This document shows, one piece after another, positions 19,132-28,398 of a stretch of DNA of 64,000 nucleotides. This DNA is from Patescibacteria group bacterium (GTDB taxonomy: Bacteria > Patescibacteriota > Patescibacteriia > Patescibacteriales > UBA12465): NCBI GenBank assembly GCA_023229115.1, contig JALNZW010000003.1, positions 1,664 to 65,663 on the forward strand, in the 5' to 3' direction. The notes under the pieces were generated by a model. The model was not told the origin of the DNA, searched no databases, and saw only the letters and a list, made by a program, of their open reading frames with translations. The translations under genes were made by a program, and so were the position numbers. Positions within the stretch are counted from its first letter, which is position 1, and each line of letters begins with the position of its first letter.

Positions 19132-20004
19132 TTAAACAATCAACTTTATTTTTGAATCTCTCAAAAATCTGGTTAAGGTTCTTTTTTCTTGACCACCCCT
19201 TGGCACTCTTCCGTAAAATCTTTGTGATCCGACTCTTTTAGTACAGTAACTTATGTAAAGACCGTGCTTAGCTCTTGTCATTGAAACATAAAGCAATCTT
19301 CTTTCGTCTCCAATAAATTCACCTTCATTTTTCCCTGGTAAAAACTCATCTTCAGCCCCAACAATAAAGCAAACATCAAATGTTAACCCTTTAGCTTTGT
19401 GCATAGTAAGAATACTAACAGCATCCTTTTCTGCACTCTGTTCTATTCTATCAGAATTAATACCGATAGACTTTACTATGCTCTCTAATGTATCAGATTC
19501 ATCTGAAATATATTTAACAAAATATTTTAAAATCCTCTCACGTAAAACGGTATCTTCCACATAGTGCTCTATAACTCCTTTAACTTTATCAATTAAATTG
19601 TCTATTTTATTAAATTCTTCTAAATCATCTTCTACTTTTTCAACGAAACTCTTTATCTTTTCTCCATATTTACTAACAACAATATTTTGCTTTATTTCTT
19701 GTAAAGATTTACTGAATCTAAGATTTTTATCAACTGCTATTCGAAAAACATCATCAATACTTTTTTCTCCAATATTATTTTTAGCAAGCTCCAAGAGTGT
19801 TCTCCACGCTAAATCATCTTCTTTATTCGATAATAATCTAAAAATAGAAAGGACGACTCTAAATTCTGACTGGCTTTCTAATGCTGAATCAGGGGCACCC
19901 GCAATCATGATACCATTACCAACAAGCACATCACTCATTAAACTTAAAATGGCAGCACTTCTTGATAATATGACTATTTTTTCTGCTGGAACACCTTTAC
20001 TAAT
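19132..20004 (-). pseudogene. C-terminal fragment of UvrD/PcrA-like SF1 helicase
   Basis: ILTMHKAKGLTFD, ERRLLYVSMTRAK, TRFL; frame extends upstream of Met 19938 as ISKGVPAEKIVILSR; Walker A/B half missing. Confidence 0.75.
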
Positions 20005-20558
20005 ACATCAAATGCTGATAAATAAGTCTTTCCAAGACCTGTGGCGAATACTACAAGACCTTTGTTTTTGCCAGATTTTCTTGTTTCATCTAAAGCCTCA
20101 AGGGCACGATTTTGAATATAGTGAGGCTCAACATCTCCCAACCTATTTAAATATATTTTATAAAGTTGTTCATCACCTATAAAACTTCTTCTTATTTCCC
20201 AAATGCAAGATTGAGGCTCTTTTCTTATTAAATCATTGGTAAATCGTATTAGATGAAAACCCTCTTTTATAATTTCGTTTTGCTTGTTTTGTAAATGATT
20301 AAAATATTCTTTAGTAACAGCTCCTTGCGCGTGATAATAGAGGCCGTCACACTCTATTGCATATTTTTTAAATTTTGTTGTTATAACAAAATCTAGTCTA
20401 TACACACCAGAACCATCTGGTTTAGGTATTTCATATTCTGGAGTAATATAATCAAGCCCCTTTTCTCCAAAATCTTTATAATAAACATTGATTATAAAGG
20501 TTTTACCCAAATCATTTAGCTTGTTTTTATATTTAAATAAAAAATCATTTAGTTTCAT
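19974..20558 (-). pseudogene. DUF559/Vsr-like nuclease fused to truncated SF2 (ResIII/DEAD) helicase
   Basis: YRLDF..AIECDG..YH..IRFT nuclease; PHYIQ Q-motif and GLVVFATGLGKT Walker A, then ends. Confidence 0.75.
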
Positions 20559-20682
20559 ACAAACAAGGTTGATTGTAAAATCAACCGAATATTAGACGAT
20601 AAATTATATAATTATTGTATCATTTAAAACGGCCTGGGTCAAAAAAAATAAATCCCTAAATATAAGGTATTTTTATACTTTA

Positions 20683-20979
20683 TCACTTCTTTTTTCTGCA
20701 GACATCGCACCCCGCCATGCCAGTAAACCATGGCCAATGTTCAATGCTATTACTAAATTTAATATATGAATTTGATACTGGTCTATGAATTCTATTCTTT
20801 TTACATTTTGGACATAGAATGCCATTACAAAGACAGGTAACTGAAATTAGCTTTTCACCTTCTTCTGGACTGTTATTGAAAAAATCGTTACCCCAATTTA
20901 AATATTTTTTCATTATTTTTCCATTATATTCCCCGCAAACTTTGCACTCAATTAAACCTTTCGAAATTTCGTTTTCCAT
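20683..20979 (-). CDS. Cys-rich putative zinc-binding protein, 98 aa, under SAM-I riboswitch
   Basis: CKVC, CLC, CPKC, H, CDVC; directly downstream of riboswitch terminator. Confidence 0.75.
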   Translation of the reverse strand: MENEISKGLIECKVCGEYNGKIMKKYLNWGNDFFNNSPEEGEKLISVTCLCNGILCPKCKKNRIHRPVSNSYIKFSNSIEHWPWFTGMAGCDVCRKKK

Positions 20980-20995
20980 AAATTTATTGATTAAT

Positions 20996-21037
20996 AATAA
21001 AAAACCTCTTCCCCTAGATTGAGAAAGAGTTTTTATT
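20996..21037 (-). terminator. Riboswitch expression-platform terminator
   Basis: Minus: AAAAACTCTTTCTC-aatcta-GGGGAAGAGGTTTTTATT; its 5' arm (TCTTTCTCAATCTAG) can instead pair with aptamer 3' end CTAGATGGGGAAGA (antiterminator). Confidence 0.75.
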
Positions 21038-21057
21038 TATGAAAATAAAAAATCGAC

Positions 21058-21162
21058 CTTTATCTTCCCCATCTAGGGCTAGGTTTAGCACCTTCTGAAT
21101 GGATTACTTCAGGGTTGCTGGCAGGTCATCGGGCTAGTTCCCTCACTGCACTCTTTATAAAT
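21058..21162 (-). ncRNA. SAM-I (S-box) riboswitch aptamer
   Basis: Minus: TTTATAAAGAG-TGCAG-TGAGGGAACTAGCCCGATGA-CCTGC-CAGCAACC-CTGAA..TTCAG-AAGGTGCTAAA..AAGATAAAG; kink-turn P2, GCAACC/GGTGC P3, pseudoknot covariation TAG/CTA for consensus TGG/CCA. Confidence 0.85.
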
Positions 21163-21183
21163 AGATTATTCAATTGTAATTAT

Positions 21184-21192
21184 ATTATAGCA
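21184..21192 (-). promoter_or_regulatory. Extended -10 promoter (TGCTATAAT) for riboswitch leader
   Basis: Consensus TGnTATAAT ~20 nt upstream of aptamer. Confidence 0.6.
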
Positions 21193-21275
21193 CTATTACT
21201 ATCAAGAATAAAACAAGGCTCGGATTCGAACTAAGATTATCCTTCATATAAAGCTCTTTTAGTTCATTTGACTTA

Positions 21276-21316
21276 ATTAAAAGAGCTCAGCCTAAACTGA
21301 GTTCTTTTAATTTTTT
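21276..21316. terminator. Terminator downstream of tRNA-Asn
   Basis: TTAAAAGAGCTCAG-cctaaa-CTGAGTTCTTTTAA. Confidence 0.7.
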
Positions 21317-21362
21317 AGTAATATTAGACGACTCCTGTCGGTCTACTACACTAAAACGTTGT

Positions 21363-21437
21363 TGGCTCCGAGGGTGGGATTCGAACCCACGACCAATTGA
21401 TTAACAGTCAACTGCGCTACCGCTGCGCCACCTCGGA
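21363..21437 (-). tRNA. tRNA-Asn (GTT), CCA encoded
   Basis: TCCGAGG acceptor/CCTCGGA-G-CCA, D-arm GCGC/GCGC, anticodon loop CTGTTAA, T-arm GTGGG-TTCGAAT-CCCAC. Confidence 0.97.
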
Positions 21438-21511
21438 ATGATCAGTTTTAAATGTTTAAAACTGATATATATAATAACAAACTTAAATAATATGTCAAAT
21501 AAATTAAGAGA

Positions 21512-22420
21512 CTAATCAATAAGCATTTGTTTATCGTCTATCCACAAATTACCCTTAAAACAGTTCCTTCCTGGCTCAAATCTTCTATCAGCATAATAAT
21601 ACCTGCCCTCACCATCATTGCTACTTGTTCTAAAATTAGCACAAATTTCAAACTCTCTATCACTAATTTTATTATATTCTATTTTTTCACCAGTCTCTGG
21701 GTCATATAAGTCTTTTTCATTAAAATAAAACTTACCACTTTCTGAAGAAATTTCTTGCAGGTTGTTTGGCAATTTTTTATTTAAATCATAATAATTATTA
21801 ACCACACCCTCAATAACTGAAACTCTATTTAAAACTATCTGATCCAGTCTTTTTTTTCTAGCTATCTGGGGAGATTCTACAAAAAAGAAAGAAGAAATAA
21901 ATATAGCCAAAACTAATCCCAAAGAAATAATGAAAAAAGTTCTTATATTTTTATCTTTTTTTTCAACATTATCTCTCTTAATATCATAAAAATAATAACT
22001 GAAAACTAGCGCTGAAATAATTAGGACGGTCAAAGTTTTTAAAGCAAACTTTAAAGTCATTTCTCCTGATAAAAAACTATTTAAAATTCCAATCAAAGAA
22101 CCAAGAATTATTACTGCTGAAACAAAGAGTATAAAGTAAGTTAACCAACGACGCAAAGAAGATTCTTTTTCCAATTCATTTTTTCTAAGACCTTTATTAA
22201 CAAAATTTACCATCAAGAAAAAAATAGGCGCGGCAACAAACAAGGCTGAAATACCAAATCTTAAACCTCCGTCATTATTATAAACATTATCAACTAAAAT
22301 ATCGCGAATACTTTTATCAATTATTTGAAAAATAATAATAGCCGAAGAAATTGCCGTAAAAATTAAAGCCACTAAAGAAAGCAAATAATAAAAAGCAAAT
22401 TTAGGATTATTGTTCTTCAT
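21512..22420 (-). CDS. DUF5671-like membrane protein
   Basis: FYYLLSLVAL, ISALFVAAPIF, LRRWLTYFILF, SPQIARKKRLDQ..DPETG..YNK..FEICANF. Confidence 0.7.
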   Translation of the reverse strand: MKNNNPKFAFYYLLSLVALIFTAISSAIIIFQIIDKSIRDILVDNVYNNDGGLRFGISALFVAAPIFFLMVNFVNKGLRKNELEKESSLRRWLTYFILFVSAVIILGSLIGILNSFLSGEMTLKFALKTLTVLIISALVFSYYFYDIKRDNVEKKDKNIRTFFIISLGLVLAIFISSFFFVESPQIARKKRLDQIVLNRVSVIEGVVNNYYDLNKKLPNNLQEISSESGKFYFNEKDLYDPETGEKIEYNKISDREFEICANFRTSSNDGEGRYYYADRRFEPGRNCFKGNLWIDDKQMLID

Positions 22421-22452
22421 ATTTTTTAAATTATTTTTAAAAATTTTTTAAA

Positions 22453-23811
22453 TTAAAAATCTCTTAATTTTTCTAAACTCTTATTTTGCATTTTTCTAAT
22501 TTTTTCCAAAGCCTTAGCTTCAATCTGTCTAATTCTTTCTCTAGTAACCTCAAACTCTTGTCCAACCTCCTCCAATGTATGAGCAACACCATCAACCAAG
22601 CCAAATCTCATTTCTAATATTTTTTGTTCACGTGGAGAAAGATTAACTATAACCTCTTTAACATAATCCTTTAAAAGTTGTAAAGCAGCTACCCTGTCAG
22701 GTGTTTCATTTTTAACATCTTCAATAAAATCTTCTAGAGTTGAATTATCGTCATCATCACCAATAGTTGTCTCTAAGGAGATAGTTTCTTGAGAAATTTT
22801 CATTATATAAACAACTTTATCTAATTCCTCTCCCATTTCAGCTGCAGTTTCTTCAATCATTGGCTCTCTACCTAATTCTTGAATTAAAAATCTTTGAGCT
22901 TGTTGAAATTTATTAATATTTTCAACCATATGAACGGGAATACGAATCGTTCTTGATTGATCAGCTAGAGCTCTAGTTATCGCTTGTCTAATCCACCAAG
23001 TAGCGTAAGTTGAAAATTTATAACCCTTCTGATGTTCAAATTTATCAACTGCTCTAAACAAACCAATATTTCCTTCTTGAATTAAGTCTAATAAACTTAA
23101 ACCTTTAACACCAGAAAATTTCTTAGCAATTGATACTACTAACTTTAAGTTGGATTCAATCATTTTTCTTTCAGCATCTTTATCTCCCCTGTCTTTTCTT
23201 TTTGATAGCTCTACTTCCTCTTCTGCGGTTAAGAGTGGTATCTTGCCTATTTCTTTCAAATATATTTGGATTGAATCACTAGATAAATTAGCAAAATCAA
23301 AAGACATGCCGGAAGTTTTCTTTTTGTCTGGCAAATTTTTAAATCCTAATCCCAAAACATTTCCACTATCTTCGCTAACTGCAATACCGGTGTCATGTAA
23401 ACGACCCAAAAACATCTCATATTCATAAATATGATCTTCAACATTGGGAAATAAGTATAATATTTCTGTTTCAGTTAAAAAACCACGAGACCTACCTTTT
23501 TCAATAATTTTTAAAATTTGCTCTTCACTAGGTGCATCCTTTTTTTCATAATGTGTTAATTCCAAAGATTCTTTATTTTCTTTTTTACTAACTTTAATCT
23601 TAGAACTTTGTGTTTTTTTCTTATTGACAACCTTGGTTGTTTTAGCCACCTTCTTTCCAGTAACCTTTTTGCTGTTACCTACATTTTTCTTAGAAACTTT
23701 TTTTTCTTTTTTAACAACATTTTTTTTAACCGACTTTTCTTTTTTAACAACTTTAGTGCTTGGTCTTTTTTTAGAATCTTTTTTCTTATCTTTATTTTTT
23801 TTAACAGTCAT
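22453..23811 (-). CDS. rpoD: RNA polymerase primary sigma factor with Lys-rich N-terminal extension
   Basis: [54 protein letters not shown]. Confidence 0.95.
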   Translation of the reverse strand: MTVKKNKDKKKDSKKRPSTKVVKKEKSVKKNVVKKEKKVSKKNVGNSKKVTGKKVAKTTKVVNKKKTQSSKIKVSKKENKESLELTHYEKKDAPSEEQILKIIEKGRSRGFLTETEILYLFPNVEDHIYEYEMFLGRLHDTGIAVSEDSGNVLGLGFKNLPDKKKTSGMSFDFANLSSDSIQIYLKEIGKIPLLTAEEEVELSKRKDRGDKDAERKMIESNLKLVVSIAKKFSGVKGLSLLDLIQEGNIGLFRAVDKFEHQKGYKFSTYATWWIRQAITRALADQSRTIRIPVHMVENINKFQQAQRFLIQELGREPMIEETAAEMGEELDKVVYIMKISQETISLETTIGDDDDNSTLEDFIEDVKNETPDRVAALQLLKDYVKEVIVNLSPREQKILEMRFGLVDGVAHTLEEVGQEFEVTRERIRQIEAKALEKIRKMQNKSLEKLRDF

Positions 23812-23836
23812 ATTTATTAGGTTTATTTTTTGCTAA

Positions 23837-25711
23837 TTAATTAATGTGAAGAAACTTGTCATTTAAATCCTTTAATTCTTCTAAGATGCTTTCTATTTTG
23901 TCCTTTTCATTGTTTTTTTCAGCCAAAGACAAACTAAGCTCCTTTTCTCTTATTAAATTTTTATAATAAATCTTCTTAAGGTCTAAAATTATATTTAACA
24001 CTTCTTTTTTAACACTTAAATTTAATTCTTGGCTATCACTCTCATGCTCGTAAAGATAAAAATCAGCTAAAAGTGATATTTTGTTAAAAAAAGAAACTGC
24101 TTTTTGCTTATCCAAAATGAACTCCTGCTCACCCTTAATATAATCCAAAAACTGATTATAATCAAGCTTTTTATTGTTTTGATTATAGTAAATCAGCATA
24201 ATTTCATAAAATTTTCTAAATTTTACTGGAATTTGATCCAAATCCAATTTATTAGACAAATAGTCAAAATTATGTGGAAATCTCAAAATCAAAGACATCA
24301 AAAGCTCCGTCAACTTATCCTCTCTATTAACCGAAGATAGATTTTCTACTTGAACAAAATTTTTATCTATTTTTTTTTCAGTCTCAAAACCATTGATTTT
24401 ATTAGTGTTTTTACCTAATTTTAATAATTGCTCTCTTAAAAAAGACTCATTAACAGAATATTTTTGACCTATTTCTTTTATCCAAAAATCTTGTTCAACT
24501 TTATTATACAACATGTTTATAACTGTTAATATCTTGTTAACAGATTTATTTTTTTGATCAATATTATTTAAATCGAGGCTTTTGAGCTCTTTGTTTAAAT
24601 AATAATCAATAATATGCCTAGAATTTTCAATAGCCGACCCAAAAACAGTTGGATTTTCTCTAATTATCTCATCGGGGTCTTTACCGACCTCTTTATCATT
24701 AAAAACCACTACCTTCAAATTTAAACCCATTTTCAAGGCTTCAGCTATACCTCTGTCCGTAGCACCAGAACCAGCTAAATCCTGATCGAAGGACAAAATA
24801 ATATTATTAGTATATCTTTTAATTAAATTTAACTGAGAAACTGTTAATGCTGTACCAGAAGAAGCTACAACGTTTTTAAAGCCAGCCTCATGAACCGAAA
24901 TAACATCCATTTGTCCTTCAACCACAATCACTGCATCTTTCTCCTTAATAAATCCCTTGGCCTTATCTAGTCCAAAAAGGACTCTGCTTTTATCATACAA
25001 ATCAGTCTGAGGGCTATTTATATATTTACCAAACGATTTTTCCTTATCTTGATTATCTGGATTAACCCTAGCCGTAAAAGCTAGAACTCGACCATTAGCA
25101 TCTTTAATAGGAAACATTATTCGATCACGAAAACGATTAAAATATTTGCCCCTGTCACTCTTGGCCGACATTCCACTTAAAAATATCTCATTATCAGTAT
25201 ATTTTTTACTTTTTAAAAAATTTATTAAATCATCATAATTATTTAAACTATAACCTATACCCCAGCGATTAATAGCCTCTGTGTTTAAGCCTCTCTGAGC
25301 TAAATACTTTTTAATCTTGTCAATATTCTCATTCTTATTTTTCTCATTAGTTAAAATAAAATTATAATATTTTAAACTAAGTTCTAAAATTTCAAACAAA
25401 CGATTCTTGCTTTTATTTTCAGAAAAATCACGATTATCTAAAACAACTCCTGCCCTAGGAGCTAACATTTTTAAAGTTTCCACAAAATCCAATCCTTCCA
25501 TTTCCATGATAAAAGAAAAAATATCGCCACCCTTGCCACAACCAAAGCAATGCCAGATTTGTTTTTCTGGCGAAACCATAAAAGACGGTGTTTTTTCATT
25601 ATGAAAAGGACAAACACCCCTAAAATTAGAGCCGGCTGGCCTTAAATTAAGATATTGTGAAATTAATTCAACAATATCTATTTTAGCTTTTATTTCCTCT
25701 GAATGATTCAT
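23837..25711 (-). CDS. dnaG: DNA primase
   Basis: CPFHNEKTPSF, CFGC, FRDRIMFPI, KYINSPQT, EGQMDV, DQDLAG, KDPDE. Confidence 0.96.
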   Translation of the reverse strand: MNHSEEIKAKIDIVELISQYLNLRPAGSNFRGVCPFHNEKTPSFMVSPEKQIWHCFGCGKGGDIFSFIMEMEGLDFVETLKMLAPRAGVVLDNRDFSENKSKNRLFEILELSLKYYNFILTNEKNKNENIDKIKKYLAQRGLNTEAINRWGIGYSLNNYDDLINFLKSKKYTDNEIFLSGMSAKSDRGKYFNRFRDRIMFPIKDANGRVLAFTARVNPDNQDKEKSFGKYINSPQTDLYDKSRVLFGLDKAKGFIKEKDAVIVVEGQMDVISVHEAGFKNVVASSGTALTVSQLNLIKRYTNNIILSFDQDLAGSGATDRGIAEALKMGLNLKVVVFNDKEVGKDPDEIIRENPTVFGSAIENSRHIIDYYLNKELKSLDLNNIDQKNKSVNKILTVINMLYNKVEQDFWIKEIGQKYSVNESFLREQLLKLGKNTNKINGFETEKKIDKNFVQVENLSSVNREDKLTELLMSLILRFPHNFDYLSNKLDLDQIPVKFRKFYEIMLIYYNQNNKKLDYNQFLDYIKGEQEFILDKQKAVSFFNKISLLADFYLYEHESDSQELNLSVKKEVLNIILDLKKIYYKNLIREKELSLSLAEKNNEKDKIESILEELKDLNDKFLHIN

Positions 25712-25717
25712 TTTAAT

Positions 25718-26221
25718 TTAAATAAATAAAAATCTTTTCTTTTTTACATTTTTATTAAAATTTTCAATATCTTTTTCTAAATCAGCTGTTTTCATATCAT
25801 CTAATATATCATCCCTTAGAGAGTCAGACTTAATTTCGGAATTAATACTTTCATTTTTAACACTACCAACCGCTTCCTCTTTTCTTGTTTCATTTTTCAT
25901 GCCTAAAGAAGAAACCTCATATTGTCCTGAAAAAAAAGAAGCTAAGGCGCTTATTTCGCTTTCAACCAAATCACCATCATACTCAGCGCTGTGCATGTGT
26001 TGACCTTCATAGCTAGCCTTTTTTTGATCTAAATGCAAACTAAATATACATCCCTGGCTATTTTCGTCTATATATAAATGAAAACGAGGATAATGTTCAC
26101 CGGATAAACGCCTAACCAAACTTTCCTGACCACTTCTTCTGTCAAATATTAGGGCATAACCAAAACGTCTAGTTATATTTTTCGCCTCCTCTAATTTTAT
26201 TGATTTAATCAAAACTTTCAT
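25718..26221 (-). CDS. Hypothetical protein
   Basis: 167-aa ORF in operon; YPRFHLY..LHLDQK..HSAEYDG motif. Confidence 0.7.
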   Translation of the reverse strand: MKVLIKSIKLEEAKNITRRFGYALIFDRRSGQESLVRRLSGEHYPRFHLYIDENSQGCIFSLHLDQKKASYEGQHMHSAEYDGDLVESEISALASFFSGQYEVSSLGMKNETRKEEAVGSVKNESINSEIKSDSLRDDILDDMKTADLEKDIENFNKNVKKKRFLFI

Positions 26222-26224
26222 ATA

Positions 26225-26671
26225 TTAACTTTTTTTCTTAAAAATAAAGAAATTATAAATAATAAAACTCTCTACTCCAATAATTACTGTAACTAAAGAC
26301 TGAGAACAAAGATAGTTAAATCCATTAATGCTTGAAAAAATATGCATCAATTTAACATTTATTAATAAATTTAAAAAAGAAATAAATAAATAGGAAAAAA
26401 GTTGACGATGGACATAGGCTAAGTTGTTGTCTCTAAATGTCCAAAATTTATGGGTAAAAAAATTAAATAAAAAGGACAAAAAGAAGGCCAAGGCAGTAGA
26501 TGGCAACAAACTCTGATTTAAAACATCATGCAATAAAAATAAAAATAATAAATCTAATAATAATGTAAAACAACCAGTTATAAAAAACTTAACATAAGCT
26601 TTTCTTAAATTTAAAATTTTAAAAGTTATTGGAAAATATGAAAAAATAAAAAATTTTAATTTTTGATACAT
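26225..26671 (-). CDS. GtrA family membrane protein
   Basis: KFFITG, NFFTHKFWTF, 4 TM. Confidence 0.85.
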   Translation of the reverse strand: MYQKLKFFIFSYFPITFKILNLRKAYVKFFITGCFTLLLDLLFLFLLHDVLNQSLLPSTALAFFLSFLFNFFTHKFWTFRDNNLAYVHRQLFSYLFISFLNLLINVKLMHIFSSINGFNYLCSQSLVTVIIGVESFIIYNFFIFKKKS

Positions 26672-26676
26672 AGAAC

Positions 26677-27570
26677 TTACTTATAAATTTCAGCTACCTC
26701 AGCAATTATTTTTTCTGAATCCCGAAAACGATCTTTAATGCTTTTAGAATTTAAAACAACGCTTATAAACTCCTTACCATCACTATTAGAAAATTTTAAA
26801 GTTAAGCAATACCCTGCCAAAATATTATAACCCGTCTTTCCGGAAATAACCCGACCATCAACCTCTAAGTCTTTAAATCCGACAAGCAATTCGTTAGTAG
26901 AATTTACATTTTTAATACGACCATTCTTGGTTTCAAAATTATAAGCATATCTCTGGGCAAGATCGGCTATAAGTTCATTCTCAAAAGCTTTAGCGGTCAT
27001 AATGGCCACTTCTTTAGCCGTAGAAACATTATTATTACTTAAACCAGTCGCATCTTCGAAATAAGTTTTGTATAGCTTTAATTCTTTAGCCTTTTCATTC
27101 ATTTTTTTAACAAGATCATCTTCACTTAAACCAATGGAATTGCTTAAAGCAATAACTGCAGTATTATCAGAGGGAATTAAAGATAAAGCTAACAAATCAA
27201 TTTTTTTTACTTCTTCACCCAAAAAAAGATAATCTCTGCCTCCTAAACGACGGTCGCTTGCTTGAATTCTATAATAATCCTCAAAATTAATATCAAGATC
27301 CATGAAAACTAAAGCTGCCATTACCTTGCTAATACTAGCAATGGAACGAACTTCATTAGCCTCTCTTTCAAACAGAAAAAAATTAGCATCTGAATCAAGT
27401 ACAGCCACCGAAGAAGCTGATAAATCTAAATTATTAATTTTTTCTACTTTTTCGGAAAAGTTATTCAGTTGCCAAACCTTCTGTGTCTCTCCATAATTAT
27501 CAAAAGCAGACAAAGAAACAACATTAAACAACAAAGAACTTAAAATATGAAAAATAACAAAGATAAACAT
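26677..27570 (-). CDS. D-Ala-D-Ala carboxypeptidase/endopeptidase (peptidase S11)
   Basis: IASISK (SxxK), SDN, GKTG motifs. Confidence 0.9.
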   Translation of the reverse strand: MFIFVIFHILSSLLFNVVSLSAFDNYGETQKVWQLNNFSEKVEKINNLDLSASSVAVLDSDANFFLFEREANEVRSIASISKVMAALVFMDLDINFEDYYRIQASDRRLGGRDYLFLGEEVKKIDLLALSLIPSDNTAVIALSNSIGLSEDDLVKKMNEKAKELKLYKTYFEDATGLSNNNVSTAKEVAIMTAKAFENELIADLAQRYAYNFETKNGRIKNVNSTNELLVGFKDLEVDGRVISGKTGYNILAGYCLTLKFSNSDGKEFISVVLNSKSIKDRFRDSEKIIAEVAEIYK

Positions 27571-27576
27571 AAGCGA

Positions 27577-28380
27577 CTACTTTTCTAAATTATTATTAAC
27601 CTCTTCTTCTTCTTCTTCCTCTTCCTCGTTTTCATCTTCATCATCTTCTTCTTCATCATATTCACCCTCCTCGCCACCTTCATCTTCTTCGTTCTCGTCC
27701 TCATCTTTTTCATTCCCTACCTTTTCCCTAGAGCCATTATCCCCTTCACTGTCATTCTCACTATCGTCTACTAACATCTCTGTTTCATTATCAGCACCAA
27801 CTTCTAATTCGACTTCAAGCCCCAAATCATCGCTGTCATGATTATTTATTTTACCCAACAACTTATCTATCTCTTCATTATTATTAAATTTCTCATAATC
27901 AGGCAAATCATTTAAACTGGATATTCCTAAAAATTTAACAAAATCAAGACTAACAGTATAGATATTATCTTCAATTTCATCAGCTGATTTTTCTTCAACC
28001 AAACCCCTGATTAATAAATTTTTTAAAATCAAACTACAATTTATTCCTCTAATTTTTTCGATATCCTTCTTTTTAATTGGTCCCCTATAAGCAATAATAG
28101 TCAATGTTTCTAGGCTGGCCGGTGTTAATTCCCCACTAACCTCACTTTGCATAAACTTTTGAACGACAGCCGCGCTTTCAGGAGAACTAGACATTTGATA
28201 TTTTTTAGAATTTTCAATTATAAGAATTCCTCGATCATTATTCTTATAATCATCTATTAATTCTTGCAAATCTTTTTCAACCTCTTCTGTTTTTTTATCT
28301 AAGACATCAGCTAATTCCTTGAGAGATAATGGTTTGGGAGAAACAAAAAGCAATGATTCAATTGAGCGTTTAATATTCAT
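27577..28380 (-). CDS. scpB: SMC-Scp complex subunit ScpB with acidic tail
   Basis: IESLLFV, LETLTIIAYRGPI..IRG. Confidence 0.92.
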   Translation of the reverse strand: MNIKRSIESLLFVSPKPLSLKELADVLDKKTEEVEKDLQELIDDYKNNDRGILIIENSKKYQMSSSPESAAVVQKFMQSEVSGELTPASLETLTIIAYRGPIKKKDIEKIRGINCSLILKNLLIRGLVEEKSADEIEDNIYTVSLDFVKFLGISSLNDLPDYEKFNNNEEIDKLLGKINNHDSDDLGLEVELEVGADNETEMLVDDSENDSEGDNGSREKVGNEKDEDENEEDEGGEEGEYDEEEDDEDENEEEEEEEEEVNNNLEK

Positions 28381-28398
28381 AAAATTATTTTAATTAAA

